DNA of 64,000 nucleotides from Escherichia coli (GTDB lineage Bacteria; Pseudomonadota; Gammaproteobacteria; Enterobacterales; Enterobacteriaceae): NCBI RefSeq assembly GCF_003018255.1, contig NZ_CP027440.1; one strand, 5' to 3'. Shown piece by piece: positions 54,012 to 64,000 of this stretch (position 1 is its first letter; each line of letters starts with the position of its first letter). The notes under the pieces were generated by a model. It saw only the letters and a program-made list of their open reading frames with translations, ran no database searches and was not told where the DNA came from. The position numbers and the translations under genes were made by a program.

Positions 54012-55094
54012 ATGGCACAGCTTTCGTTACAACATATTCAAAAGATCTACGATAACCAGGTGCATGTGGTGAAGGACTTCAACCTGGAGATTGCCGATAA
54101 AGAGTTCATCGTGTTTGTCGGTCCGTCGGGCTGCGGTAAATCGACCACCCTGCGTATGATTGCCGGGCTTGAGGAGATCAGCGGCGGTGATCTGTTGATC
54201 GACGGCAAACGAATGAATGACGTTCCAGCCAAAGCACGCAATATCGCGATGGTGTTCCTGAACTACGCGCTGTATCCGCATATGACGGTCTACGACAACA
54301 TGGCGTTTGGCCTGAAGATGCAAAAAATCGCCAGAGAGGTGATTGATGAGCGGGTGAACTGGGCGGCGCAAATTCTCGGCCTGCGTGAGTACCTGAAACG
54401 CAAGCCGGGCGCGCTTTCCGGCGGGCAACGTCAGCGAGTGGCGCTTGGGCGGGCGATTGTGCGCGAAGCGGGCGTGTTTTTAATGGATGAGCCGCTCTCT
54501 AACCTGGATGCCAAGCTGCGCGTGCAAATGCGCGCAGAGATCAGCAAGCTGCATCAGAAACTGAACACCACCATGATCTACGTGACCCACGATCAGACCG
54601 AAGCGATGACCATGGCGACGCGGATTGTGATTATGAAGGATGGGATTGTTCAGCAAGTAGGTGCGCCGAAAACGGTTTATAACCAACCCGCGAATATGTT
54701 TGTTGCCGGATTTATTGGATCACCGGCGATGAATTTTATTCGCGGCACGATCGATGGCGATAAATTCGTTACTGAAACGCTTAAATTAACCATTCCCGAA
54801 GAGAAATTAGCGGTTCTGAAAACACAGGAAAGTTTGCATAAGCCCATCGTGATGGGAATACGCCCGGAAGATATTCATCCGGACGCGCAAGAGGAAAATA
54901 ACATTTCCGCCAAAATTAGCGTGGCAGAATTAACCGGTGCTGAATTTATGCTCTACACCACGGTTGGGGGGCACGAACTGGTGGTCCGTGCTGGTGCGTT
55001 AAATGATTATCATGCAGGAGAAAATATCACTATTCATTTTGATATGACTAAATGTCATTTCTTTGATGCAGAAACGGAAATAGCAATTCGCTAA
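54012..55094 (+). CDS. ycjV: sugar ABC transporter ATP-binding protein (MalK-type), full length
   Basis: 360 aa; Walker A (GPSGCGKST), ABC signature (LSGGQRQRV), C-terminal TOBE-like domain. Confidence 0.88.
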   Translation: MAQLSLQHIQKIYDNQVHVVKDFNLEIADKEFIVFVGPSGCGKSTTLRMIAGLEEISGGDLLIDGKRMNDVPAKARNIAMVFLNYALYPHMTVYDNMAFGLKMQKIAREVIDERVNWAAQILGLREYLKRKPGALSGGQRQRVALGRAIVREAGVFLMDEPLSNLDAKLRVQMRAEISKLHQKLNTTMIYVTHDQTEAMTMATRIVIMKDGIVQQVGAPKTVYNQPANMFVAGFIGSPAMNFIRGTIDGDKFVTETLKLTIPEEKLAVLKTQESLHKPIVMGIRPEDIHPDAQEENNISAKISVAELTGAEFMLYTTVGGHELVVRAGALNDYHAGENITIHFDMTKCHFFDAETEIAIR

Positions 55095-55138
55095 ATACAG
55101 GGGGAAGGCATTCCCCCAGGATAATACAAGGAACAATA

Positions 55139-56044
55139 ATGAAAAAGTTATTACCCTGTACCGCACTGGTGATGTGTGCGGGAATGGCCTGCGCACAGGC
55201 CGAGGAAAAGAACGACTGGCACTTTAATATCGGCGCGATGTACGAAATAGAAAACGTCGAGGGTTATGGCGAAGATATGGATGGGCTCGCGGAGCCTTCT
55301 GTCTATTTTAATGCCGCCAACGGGCCGTGGAGAATTTCTCTGGCCTATTATCAGGAAGGGCCGGTAGATTATAGCGCGGGTAAACGTGGAACGTGGTTTG
55401 ATCGCCCGGAGCTGGAGGTGCATTATCAGTTCCTCGAAAGCGATGATTTCAGTTTCGGACTGACCGGCGGTTTCCGTAATTATGGTTATCACTACGTTGA
55501 TGAACCGGGTAAAGACACGGCGAATATGCAGCGCTGGAAAATCGCGCCAGACTGGGATGTGAAACTGACTGACGATTTACGTTTCAACGGTTGGTTATCG
55601 ATGTATAAATTTGCCAACGATCTGAACACGACCGGTTACGCTGATACCCGAGTCGAAACGGAAACAGGTCTGCAATATACCTTCAACGAAACGGTTGCTT
55701 TGCGAGTGAACTATTATCTCGAGCGCGGCTTCAATATGGACGACAGCCGCAATAACGGTGAGTTTTCCACGCAAGAAATTCGTGCCTATTTGCCGCTGAC
55801 GCTCGGCAACCACTCGGTGACGCCGTATACGCGCATTGGGCTGGATCGCTGGAGTAACTGGGACTGGCAGGATGATATTGAACGTGAAGGCCATGATTTT
55901 AACCGTGTGGGGTTATTTTACGGTTATGATTTCCAGAATGGTCTTTCCGTTTCGCTGGAATACGCGTTTGAGTGGCAGGATCACGACGAAGGCGACAGCG
56001 ATAAATTCCATTATGCAGGTGTCGGCGTAAATTACTCGTTCTGA
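55139..56044 (+). CDS. ompG: outer-membrane porin OmpG (monomeric beta-barrel)
   Basis: 301 aa; signal peptide; aromatic-rich beta-strands; C-terminal …VNYSF. Confidence 0.93.
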   Translation: MKKLLPCTALVMCAGMACAQAEEKNDWHFNIGAMYEIENVEGYGEDMDGLAEPSVYFNAANGPWRISLAYYQEGPVDYSAGKRGTWFDRPELEVHYQFLESDDFSFGLTGGFRNYGYHYVDEPGKDTANMQRWKIAPDWDVKLTDDLRFNGWLSMYKFANDLNTTGYADTRVETETGLQYTFNETVALRVNYYLERGFNMDDSRNNGEFSTQEIRAYLPLTLGNHSVTPYTRIGLDRWSNWDWQDDIEREGHDFNRVGLFYGYDFQNGLSVSLEYAFEWQDHDEGDSDKFHYAGVGVNYSF

Positions 56045-56057
56045 TAATGGGTTAAAT

Positions 56058-56089
56058 TGCCGGATGCGGCGCGAGCGCCAAATCCGGCA
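56058..56089. repeat. REP-like palindromic element between ompG and ycjW
   Basis: TGCCGGATGCGGCGCGAGCGCCAAATCCGGCA. Confidence 0.7.
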
Positions 56090-56094
56090 TACAT

Positions 56095-57093
56095 TTATTT
56101 CAACGACATATGCGTGGCAACGGTAATATTTTGTGGTGACGGTTTTCCGGCAATTAAGCGGAATAATAACTCGCAGCTTTGTTGCCCTAACTCCTGCGTC
56201 GGAACATCGATGCCGCCCGGTGCAGGCGTTAAAATAAATGACAGCGTTTCATTGCTATAGCCCACCACCGCTAACTGCTGCGGAATAGCAATATTTTTCT
56301 CTGCTGCCGCACGATAAATGCTCATTAATTTCAGGCTGTCAGTGGCAAATACGGCTTCTGGCAACGGCGACTGGCTTAATAATTGCCGTGCGGCTTGCAA
56401 GGCTGTTTCATGGGTATAACCGCCGTCAACAATCCATTCATCACGCACTGCAATATTATGCGCAGCCAGACTTTGCTTATAGCCATTAACGCGGTCAACC
56501 GAGACATGGACATCAAGCGGAGCATGCAGGCAGGCAATATTTTGATGCCCACTTTCAATTAACGCATCGGTCAACGCAATGCTGTCGCCAAAATTATCGG
56601 TATCGACAGAATAAACATGGGCATATTGACCTTCAACTTTGCCAATTACCACCACCGGAATATCATATTTATCGAGTTGGGCAAAAAATGACTCATCCGC
56701 TGGCGAACTTAGCATAATAATGCCTTTAATCATTTTCTGCTTAATTTTGCTTTCGCATTTTTGTAAGTCTTCTGCCAGGTTGTGCGACGTCTGCAATATC
56801 ACGTCGAAACCTTCTTCTTCAGCTTTGGCGGTGATGGCATGTAAAACTTCCGAGAAAAACGGATTACCCGCCGTAGTTTTGGTCGAACGGGTAGAAATCA
56901 CCATAATGGCATCAAAACCCGAAGAGGTCAGCGCGCGTGCCAGCTTGTTTGGTTGATACTGTAATTCTTCAATGGCCCGTAACACTTTTTCGCGCGCTTC
57001 CGGGGAGATATTGGTTTGCTTATTCAGCACGCGTGATACGGTGGATTTTGATACGCCTGCAACCCTGGCAATATCATAAATAGTAGGGGACAT
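56095..57093 (-). CDS. ycjW: LacI-family transcriptional regulator
   Basis: 332 aa; N-terminal LacI HTH (…[21 protein letters not shown]…). Confidence 0.92.
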   Translation of the reverse strand: MSPTIYDIARVAGVSKSTVSRVLNKQTNISPEAREKVLRAIEELQYQPNKLARALTSSGFDAIMVISTRSTKTTAGNPFFSEVLHAITAKAEEEGFDVILQTSHNLAEDLQKCESKIKQKMIKGIIMLSSPADESFFAQLDKYDIPVVVIGKVEGQYAHVYSVDTDNFGDSIALTDALIESGHQNIACLHAPLDVHVSVDRVNGYKQSLAAHNIAVRDEWIVDGGYTHETALQAARQLLSQSPLPEAVFATDSLKLMSIYRAAAEKNIAIPQQLAVVGYSNETLSFILTPAPGGIDVPTQELGQQSCELLFRLIAGKPSPQNITVATHMSLK

Positions 57094-57247
57094 AGGTCAG
57101 GAACTCCGTCCGAACGTGAATGTTGCACATCTTATGGAGTTCGCCCGTCGATGACAACACGGGCAGTTGATAATCAATGGCCTGGCCCCCACATTCATAT
57201 CCTTACGAATGATTTTTTTCTGGTCTTCAGAGCAGCACAGGACAGCA

Positions 57248-58645
57248 ATGAAGCGACTTAAAAATGAACTTAATGCGCTGGTGAATCGGGGTGTCGACAG
57301 ACATCTGCGCCTCGCTGTAACCGGACTTAGCCGCAGCGGCAAAACAGCGTTTATCACCGCGATGGTTAATCAGTTGCTCAATATTCATGCCGGAGCACGT
57401 TTGCCGCTATTAAGTGCGGTGCGTGAAGAACGCCTGCTGGGCGTAAAACGCATTCCCCAGCGTGACTTTGGCATTCCGCGCTTCACCTATGATGAAGGAC
57501 TGGCGCAGTTATATGGCGATCCTCCCGCCTGGCCGACGCCAACGCGCGGCGTCAGCGAAATTCGCCTGGCGCTACGCTATAAATCGAACGATTCGCTGCT
57601 GCGCCACTTTAAGGATACCTCCACGCTGTATCTGGAGATTGTGGATTACCCCGGCGAATGGTTGCTCGACCTGCCGATGCTGGCGCAGGACTATTTAAGC
57701 TGGTCGCGCCAGATGACGGGCTTACTCAATGGTCAGCGCGGCGAATGGTCGGCGAAATGGCGAATGATGTGCGAAGGGCTGGACCCGCTAGCGCCTGCCG
57801 ACGAAAACCGGCTGGCAGACATTGCCGCCGCGTGGACCGATTATCTCCACCACTGTAAACAGCAGGGGCTGCACTTTATTCAGCCTGGGCGCTTTGTCTT
57901 GCCGGGAGATATGGCAGGTGCGCCCGCGCTGCAATTCTTCCCATGGCCAGATGTCGATGCCTGGGGCGAGTCTAAACTGGCGCAGGCCGATAAACACACC
58001 AACGCCGGAATGTTGCGCGAGCGTTTTAATTATTACTGCGAGAAGGTGGTGAAAGGATTCTATAAAAATCACTTCCTGCGTTTTGACCGCCAGATTGTGC
58101 TGGTGGACTGCCTGCAACCGCTCAACAGTGGACCACAGGCATTTAATGATATGCGTCTGGCGCTGACGCAGCTGATGCAAAGTTTCCACTACGGGCAGCG
58201 TACCCTGTTCCGGCGTTTGTTTTCGCCGGTTATCGATAAGCTATTGTTTGCTGCCACTAAAGCGGACCATGTGACCATCGATCAGCACGCTAATATGGTT
58301 TCATTACTGCAACAACTGATTCAGGATGCCTGGCAAAATGCGGCGTTCGAAGGGATCAGCATGGACTGCCTGGGGCTGGCGTCAGTTCAGGCGACCACCA
58401 GCGGCATTATTGATGTTAACGGTGAGAAAATCCCGGCGCTGCGCGGTAATCGACTCAGCGATGGCGCACCGCTCACTGTTTATCCTGGCGAAGTTCCCGC
58501 TCGTTTGCCCGGTCAGGCGTTCTGGGATAAGCAAGGCTTCCAGTTTGAGGCGTTTCGTCCGCAGGTGATGGATGTCGACAAACCGCTGCCGCATATTCGC
58601 CTTGATGCTGCGCTGGAATTTTTAATAGGAGATAAATTGCGATGA
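57248..58645 (+). CDS. ycjX: YcjX, P-loop NTPase-like protein of unknown function (DUF463)
   Basis: ORF 57167..58645; start [14 protein letters not shown]…, 465 aa; Walker A-like GLSRSGKT. Confidence 0.9.
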   Translation: MKRLKNELNALVNRGVDRHLRLAVTGLSRSGKTAFITAMVNQLLNIHAGARLPLLSAVREERLLGVKRIPQRDFGIPRFTYDEGLAQLYGDPPAWPTPTRGVSEIRLALRYKSNDSLLRHFKDTSTLYLEIVDYPGEWLLDLPMLAQDYLSWSRQMTGLLNGQRGEWSAKWRMMCEGLDPLAPADENRLADIAAAWTDYLHHCKQQGLHFIQPGRFVLPGDMAGAPALQFFPWPDVDAWGESKLAQADKHTNAGMLRERFNYYCEKVVKGFYKNHFLRFDRQIVLVDCLQPLNSGPQAFNDMRLALTQLMQSFHYGQRTLFRRLFSPVIDKLLFAATKADHVTIDQHANMVSLLQQLIQDAWQNAAFEGISMDCLGLASVQATTSGIIDVNGEKIPALRGNRLSDGAPLTVYPGEVPARLPGQAFWDKQGFQFEAFRPQVMDVDKPLPHIRLDAALEFLIGDKLR

Positions 58646-59703
58646 CCGAACCGTTAAAACCACGTATTGATTTCGACGGTCCACTGGAGGTCGATCAGAA
58701 TCCAAAATTCAGGGCGCAGCAGACCTTTGACGAAAATCAGGCGCAAAATTTTGCCCCGGCCACGCTCGACGAAGCGCAGGAAGAAGAGGGGCAAGTTGAA
58801 GCGGTGATGGACGCAGCGTTACGTCCGAAACGCAGCCTGTGCCGCAAAATGGTGATGGGCGGGTTGGCTCTGTTTGGCGCAAGCGTTGTCGGGCAGGGTG
58901 TACAGTGGACAATGAACGCCTGGCAAACCCAGGACTGGGTGGCGCTGGGTGGATGTGCCGCTGGGGCATTGATTATCGGCGCTGGCGTAGGTTCTGTGGT
59001 AACAGAGTGGCGGCGCTTATGGCGCTTGCGACAGCGCGCCCATGAACGCGACGAAGCGCGTGATTTATTGCATAGTCACGGCACGGGTAAAGGCCGCGCA
59101 TTTTGCGAAAAACTGGCACAGCAGGCGGGCATCGATCAGTCACATCCGGCGCTGCAACGCTGGTATGCCTCAATCCATGAAACGCAAAACGACCGTGAAG
59201 TGGTCAGTTTGTATGCGCATTTGGTCCAGCCAGTTTTAGATGCCCAGGCGCGGCGCGAAATCAGCCGTTCGGCAGCGGAATCAACGTTGATGATTGCGGT
59301 CAGCCCTCTGGCGCTGGTGGATATGGCGTTTATCGCCTGGCGCAATCTGCGTTTGATTAATCGCATCGCCACGCTGTATGGCATTGAACTGGGATATTAC
59401 AGCCGTTTGCGCCTGTTTAAGCTGGTATTGCTGAATATCGCTTTCGCCGGAGCCAGCGAACTGGTGCGCGAAGTGGGGATGGACTGGATGTCGCAAGATC
59501 TCGCTGCGCGTTTGTCTACCCGGGCAGCTCAGGGGATTGGTGCTGGACTTCTGACGGCACGACTGGGGATTAAAGCTATGGAACTTTGCCGCCCGCTGCC
59601 GTGGATTGAAGATGACAAACCTCGCCTCGGGGATTTCCGTCGTCAGCTTATCGGTCAGGTGAAAGAGACGCTGCAAAAAGGCAAAACGCCCAGCGAAAAA
59701 TAA
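58642..59703 (+). CDS. ycjF: YcjF, inner-membrane protein of unknown function (UPF0283/DUF697)
   Basis: 353 aa; ATGA overlap with ycjX. Confidence 0.9.
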   Translation: MTEPLKPRIDFDGPLEVDQNPKFRAQQTFDENQAQNFAPATLDEAQEEEGQVEAVMDAALRPKRSLCRKMVMGGLALFGASVVGQGVQWTMNAWQTQDWVALGGCAAGALIIGAGVGSVVTEWRRLWRLRQRAHERDEARDLLHSHGTGKGRAFCEKLAQQAGIDQSHPALQRWYASIHETQNDREVVSLYAHLVQPVLDAQARREISRSAAESTLMIAVSPLALVDMAFIAWRNLRLINRIATLYGIELGYYSRLRLFKLVLLNIAFAGASELVREVGMDWMSQDLAARLSTRAAQGIGAGLLTARLGIKAMELCRPLPWIEDDKPRLGDFRRQLIGQVKETLQKGKTPSEK

Positions 59704-59762
59704 TGCAATATCGGGTGCTGACCGGATATCTTTACGCCGAAGTGCCCGTTTTTCCGTCTTTG

Positions 59763-59780
59763 TGTCAATCATTGTTGACA
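59763..59780 (+). promoter_or_regulatory. TyrR-box-like palindrome upstream of tyrR (candidate autoregulatory site)
   Basis: TGTCAA-tcattg-TTGACA resembles the TGTAAA-N6-TTTACA TyrR box, about 70 bp upstream of the tyrR start. Confidence 0.55.
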
Positions 59781-59850
59781 GAAACCTTCCTGCTATCCAA
59801 ATAGTGTCATATCATCATATTAATTGTTCTTTTTTCAGGTGAAGGTTCCC

Positions 59851-61392
59851 ATGCGTCTGGAAGTCTTTTGTGAAGACCGACTTGGTCTGACCCGCGAATT
59901 ACTCGATCTACTGGTGCTGAGAGGCATTGATTTACGCGGTATTGAGATTGACCCCATTGGGCGAATCTACCTCAATTTTGCCGAACTGGAATTTGAAAGT
60001 TTCAGCAGTCTGATGGCCGAAATACGCCGTATTGCAGGTGTTACCGATGTGCGCACTGTTCCGTGGATGCCTTCCGAACGTGAGCATCTGGCGTTGAGCG
60101 CGTTACTGGAGGCGTTGCCTGAGCCTGTGCTTTCTGTTGATATGAAAAGCAAAGTGGATATGGCGAACCCGGCGAGCTGTCAGCTTTTTGGGCAAAAATT
60201 GGATCGCCTGCGCAACCATACCGCCGCGCAATTAATTAACGGCTTTAATTTTTTACGCTGGCTGGAAAGCGAACCGCAAGACTCGCATAACGAGCATGTT
60301 GTTATTAATGGGCAGAATTTCCTGATGGAGATTACGCCTGTTTATCTTCAGGATGAAAATGATCAACATGTTCTGACCGGTGCGGTGGTGATGTTGCGCT
60401 CGACGATTCGTATGGGCCGTCAGTTGCAGAATGTCGCCGCCCAGGACGTCAGTGCCTTCAGTCAAATTGTCGCCGTCAGCCCGAAAATGAAGCATGTTGT
60501 CGAACAGGCGCAGAAACTGGCGATGCTAAGCGCGCCGTTGCTGATTACGGGTGACACCGGTACAGGTAAAGATCTCTTTGCCTACGCCTGCCATCAGGCA
60601 AGCCCACGAGCGGGCAAACCTTACCTGGCGCTGAACTGCGCGTCTATACCGGAAGATGCGGTCGAGAGTGAACTGTTTGGTCATGCTCCGGAAGGTAAAA
60701 AAGGGTTCTTTGAGCAGGCGAACGGTGGTTCGGTGCTGTTAGATGAGATAGGCGAGATGTCGCCAAGGATGCAGGCGAAATTACTGCGTTTCCTCAATGA
60801 TGGTACTTTCCGTCGAGTTGGTGAAGATCATGAAGTGCATGTCGATGTAAGGGTGATTTGCGCTACGCAGAAGAATTTGGTCGAACTGGTGCAAAAAGGC
60901 GTGTTCCGTGAAGATCTCTATTATCGTCTGAACGTGTTGACGCTCAATCTGCCGCCGCTACGTGACTGTCCGCAGGACATCATGCCGTTAACCGAGCTGT
61001 TCGTCGCCCGCTTTGCCGACGAGCAGGGCGTGCCGCGTCCGAAACTGGCCGCTGACCTGAATACTGTGCTTACACGTTATGCGTGGCCGGGAAATGTGCG
61101 GCAGTTAAAGAACGCTATCTATCGCGCACTGACACAACTGGACGGTTATGAGCTGCGTCCACAGGATATTTTGTTGCCGGATTATGACGCCGCAACGGTA
61201 GCCGTGGGCGAAGATGCGATGGAAGGTTCGCTGGACGAAATCACCAGTCGTTTTGAACGCTCGGTATTAACCCAGCTTTATCGCAATTATCCCAGCACGC
61301 GCAAACTGGCAAAACGTCTCGGCGTTTCACATACCGCGATTGCCAATAAGTTGCGGGAATACGGTCTGAGTCAGAAGAAGAACGAAGAGTAA
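59851..61392 (+). CDS. tyrR: sigma-70-interacting aromatic amino acid regulator TyrR
   Basis: ORF 59824..61392; start MRLEVFCEDRLGLTRELL…, 513 aa; ACT/PAS N-terminus, AAA+ core (GDTGTGKD), C-terminal HTH. Confidence 0.95.
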   Translation: MRLEVFCEDRLGLTRELLDLLVLRGIDLRGIEIDPIGRIYLNFAELEFESFSSLMAEIRRIAGVTDVRTVPWMPSEREHLALSALLEALPEPVLSVDMKSKVDMANPASCQLFGQKLDRLRNHTAAQLINGFNFLRWLESEPQDSHNEHVVINGQNFLMEITPVYLQDENDQHVLTGAVVMLRSTIRMGRQLQNVAAQDVSAFSQIVAVSPKMKHVVEQAQKLAMLSAPLLITGDTGTGKDLFAYACHQASPRAGKPYLALNCASIPEDAVESELFGHAPEGKKGFFEQANGGSVLLDEIGEMSPRMQAKLLRFLNDGTFRRVGEDHEVHVDVRVICATQKNLVELVQKGVFREDLYYRLNVLTLNLPPLRDCPQDIMPLTELFVARFADEQGVPRPKLAADLNTVLTRYAWPGNVRQLKNAIYRALTQLDGYELRPQDILLPDYDAATVAVGEDAMEGSLDEITSRFERSVLTQLYRNYPSTRKLAKRLGVSHTAIANKLREYGLSQKKNEE

Positions 61393-61398
61393 GCGCGA

Positions 61399-61431
61399 AT
61401 ATGCCTGATGGTGCAACACCATCAGGCATAT
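61399..61431. terminator. bidirectional terminator hairpin between tyrR and tpx
   Basis: Perfect 15-bp inverted repeat ATATGCCTGATGGTG / CACCATCAGGCATAT with a 3-nt loop. Confidence 0.75.
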
Positions 61432-61435
61432 TAAC

Positions 61436-61942
61436 TTATGCTTTCAGTACAGCCAGAGCTGCTTCGTAATCCGGCTCGGTGGTGATTTCATCCACCAGCT
61501 GGCTGAAAATCACATTGTCATTTTCATCAATAACCACAACGGCACGCGCTGCCAGACCTTTCAGTGGGCCATCAGCAATTGCCACACCGTAGGCTTGCAG
61601 GAATTCAGCGTTACGGAAAGTGGAGAGGGTGATAACGTTGTTCAGACCTTCTGCGCCGCAGAAACGAGACTGGGCGAACGGCAGATCGGCAGAGATACAC
61701 AGCACAACGGTGTTGTCGATCTCTGTTGCCAGTTGGTTAAACTTACGTACTGATGCGGCGCAAACACCGGTATCAATACTCGGGAAAATGTTCAGCACTT
61801 TGCGTTTACCCGCAAACTGACCGAGGGTGACGTCAGACAGATCTTTTGCCACGAGAGTAAAAGTCTGCGCTTTGCTACCCGCCTGCGGGATGGAATTGGC
61901 GACTGTAACCGGGTTGCCCTGGAAATGAACGGTTTGTGACAT
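61436..61942 (-). CDS. tpx: thiol peroxidase (atypical 2-Cys peroxiredoxin)
   Basis: 168 aa; peroxidatic Cys motif (…IDTGVCAAS…). Confidence 0.95.
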   Translation of the reverse strand: MSQTVHFQGNPVTVANSIPQAGSKAQTFTLVAKDLSDVTLGQFAGKRKVLNIFPSIDTGVCAASVRKFNQLATEIDNTVVLCISADLPFAQSRFCGAEGLNNVITLSTFRNAEFLQAYGVAIADGPLKGLAARAVVVIDENDNVIFSQLVDEITTEPDYEAALAVLKA

Positions 61943-62050
61943 GATTATCTTTCCTGTTTACATATAGTTAACGTCACACCTAGTTTATGCTAACTGTCAA
62001 TAACACAGCAAACGCTATTTGCGCTTAATCCGCAGACCACCGCGACAACA

Positions 62051-63000
<950 letters not shown>

Positions 63001-63026
<26 letters not shown>

Positions 63027-63729
63027 GATGCCAGCGCAGCAAGTTTGCCATCGCAAAGAGATATTTTTCGCTGGCTTCGTCGGAGGAGATGGGTGGAAAC
63101 TCTGCGGTGATGCAATGCAAGTTGAGATCTGCACACCAACTACCGAAAGAGCCAGGCGTTTCATAACCGACGCTGGTTACCAGAGGCAATTCAAACGCCT
63201 GGGCCAGCCATTCACCTAATTCGCTGTGTCTGGGATCTTCAATACAGGCCAGCGGATCGTGGAATGAGACCACCCAGGCAGGTTGAATGCGGTGTATAAG
63301 CTGGCACAGCGCCTGGGTTTCAGGTTCGGAGCCAGGTTTGTCACCTGTCAGCAATACGACATCACGTTCTTCAGCGGCGCTGTTCCAGCGATAAACGGTT
63401 TCACCTTCCTTCCAGTTCGCCGCCGGAAAGTTTCGGTTTAAATCCACACCATTAGCATTGGCCCGTAACCCTAACTGGCAGCCGTCAGGATTCACACACA
63501 GCACCACATGATGGCGGCGCAAAGACGGTGTCAAAGTCCGCAGAGCACAGGAGAGCGTGACGATCGAAGAGTTTTCATCACCGTGAGTGCCAGCCAGAAT
63601 CAAACCACTTTCGTGACTGGCTGCAGGGGCCGGAAACCAGATTAACGGCGCGCCCAATAATGAACGTCCGTAATGTTCTGTACCGGGCGGAAATGCGCCG
63701 CGTTCGGCGCGTGGGCGAGTTACGGTCAT
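63001..63729 (-). CDS. mpaA: murein tripeptide amidase MpaA (zinc carboxypeptidase-like)
   Basis: ORF 63001..63789; start MTVTRPRAERGAF…, 242 aa; 3' end overlaps ycjG by 26 bp on the opposite strand. Confidence 0.9.
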
Positions 63730-64000
63730 GATCGTCTCTGGTTCAGGAAGTATTACAGGCAGTGTTGTGCAAATTTTGCGGATTATCAAATCCTTTTCTT
63801 CAACGCTATGTTATCGATCTTGTATCACTTTTTTGCCGGAAGTTGTTTGCATTTTCATTGATGTGCAGATATTAGAATTGTCGTAATGTTATATACATGG
63901 CGTATTTTATTCTTACTGGTTCTACACATGTTAATCGCATCTGATTGATCAGTTCACCTTAATAAGTTTAATAAATCGTACTGCACATAGTACAGTACGA

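Noticed and set aside
54999-55196. 65-aa minus-strand ORF across the ycjV–ompG junction
   Set aside because: Overlaps the ycjV C-terminus and the ompG start on the opposite strand; I could not confirm a K-12 ymjB-like gene here from sequence alone.

Overview
This window reads as an Escherichia coli-type chromosomal segment, syntenic with the K-12 cysB–acnA–ribA–pgpB–lapAB–pyrF–yciH–osmB–yciT–pdeR–rnb–yciW–fabI … sapFDCBA–ymjA–puuPADRCBE–pspFABCDE–ycjMNOPQRSTUV–ompG–ycjW–ycjXF–tyrR–tpx–ycjG–mpaA region. Gene identities come from reading the supplied translations against remembered protein families and K-12 sequences; no database search was run. Almost all of it is ordinary core genome. The one clearly accessory segment is a roughly 8 kb block between fabI and sapF (about 17.2–25.1 kb) encoding a TetR-family regulator, an AcrA-like periplasmic adaptor, an AcrB-like RND pump, an OprM/NodT-family outer-membrane lipoprotein and a Bcr/CflA-type MFS transporter. 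The RND pump is split into two ORFs by an apparent single-base deletion near 21,405. I did not find a convincingly novel biological system: no CRISPR array, tRNA, rRNA, insertion sequence or integrase is evident. Other points worth a second look are candidate operator palindromes ahead of the efflux operon, a terminator-like hairpin in the acnA leader, REP/BIME repeats, and the uncharacterised ycjXF pair.
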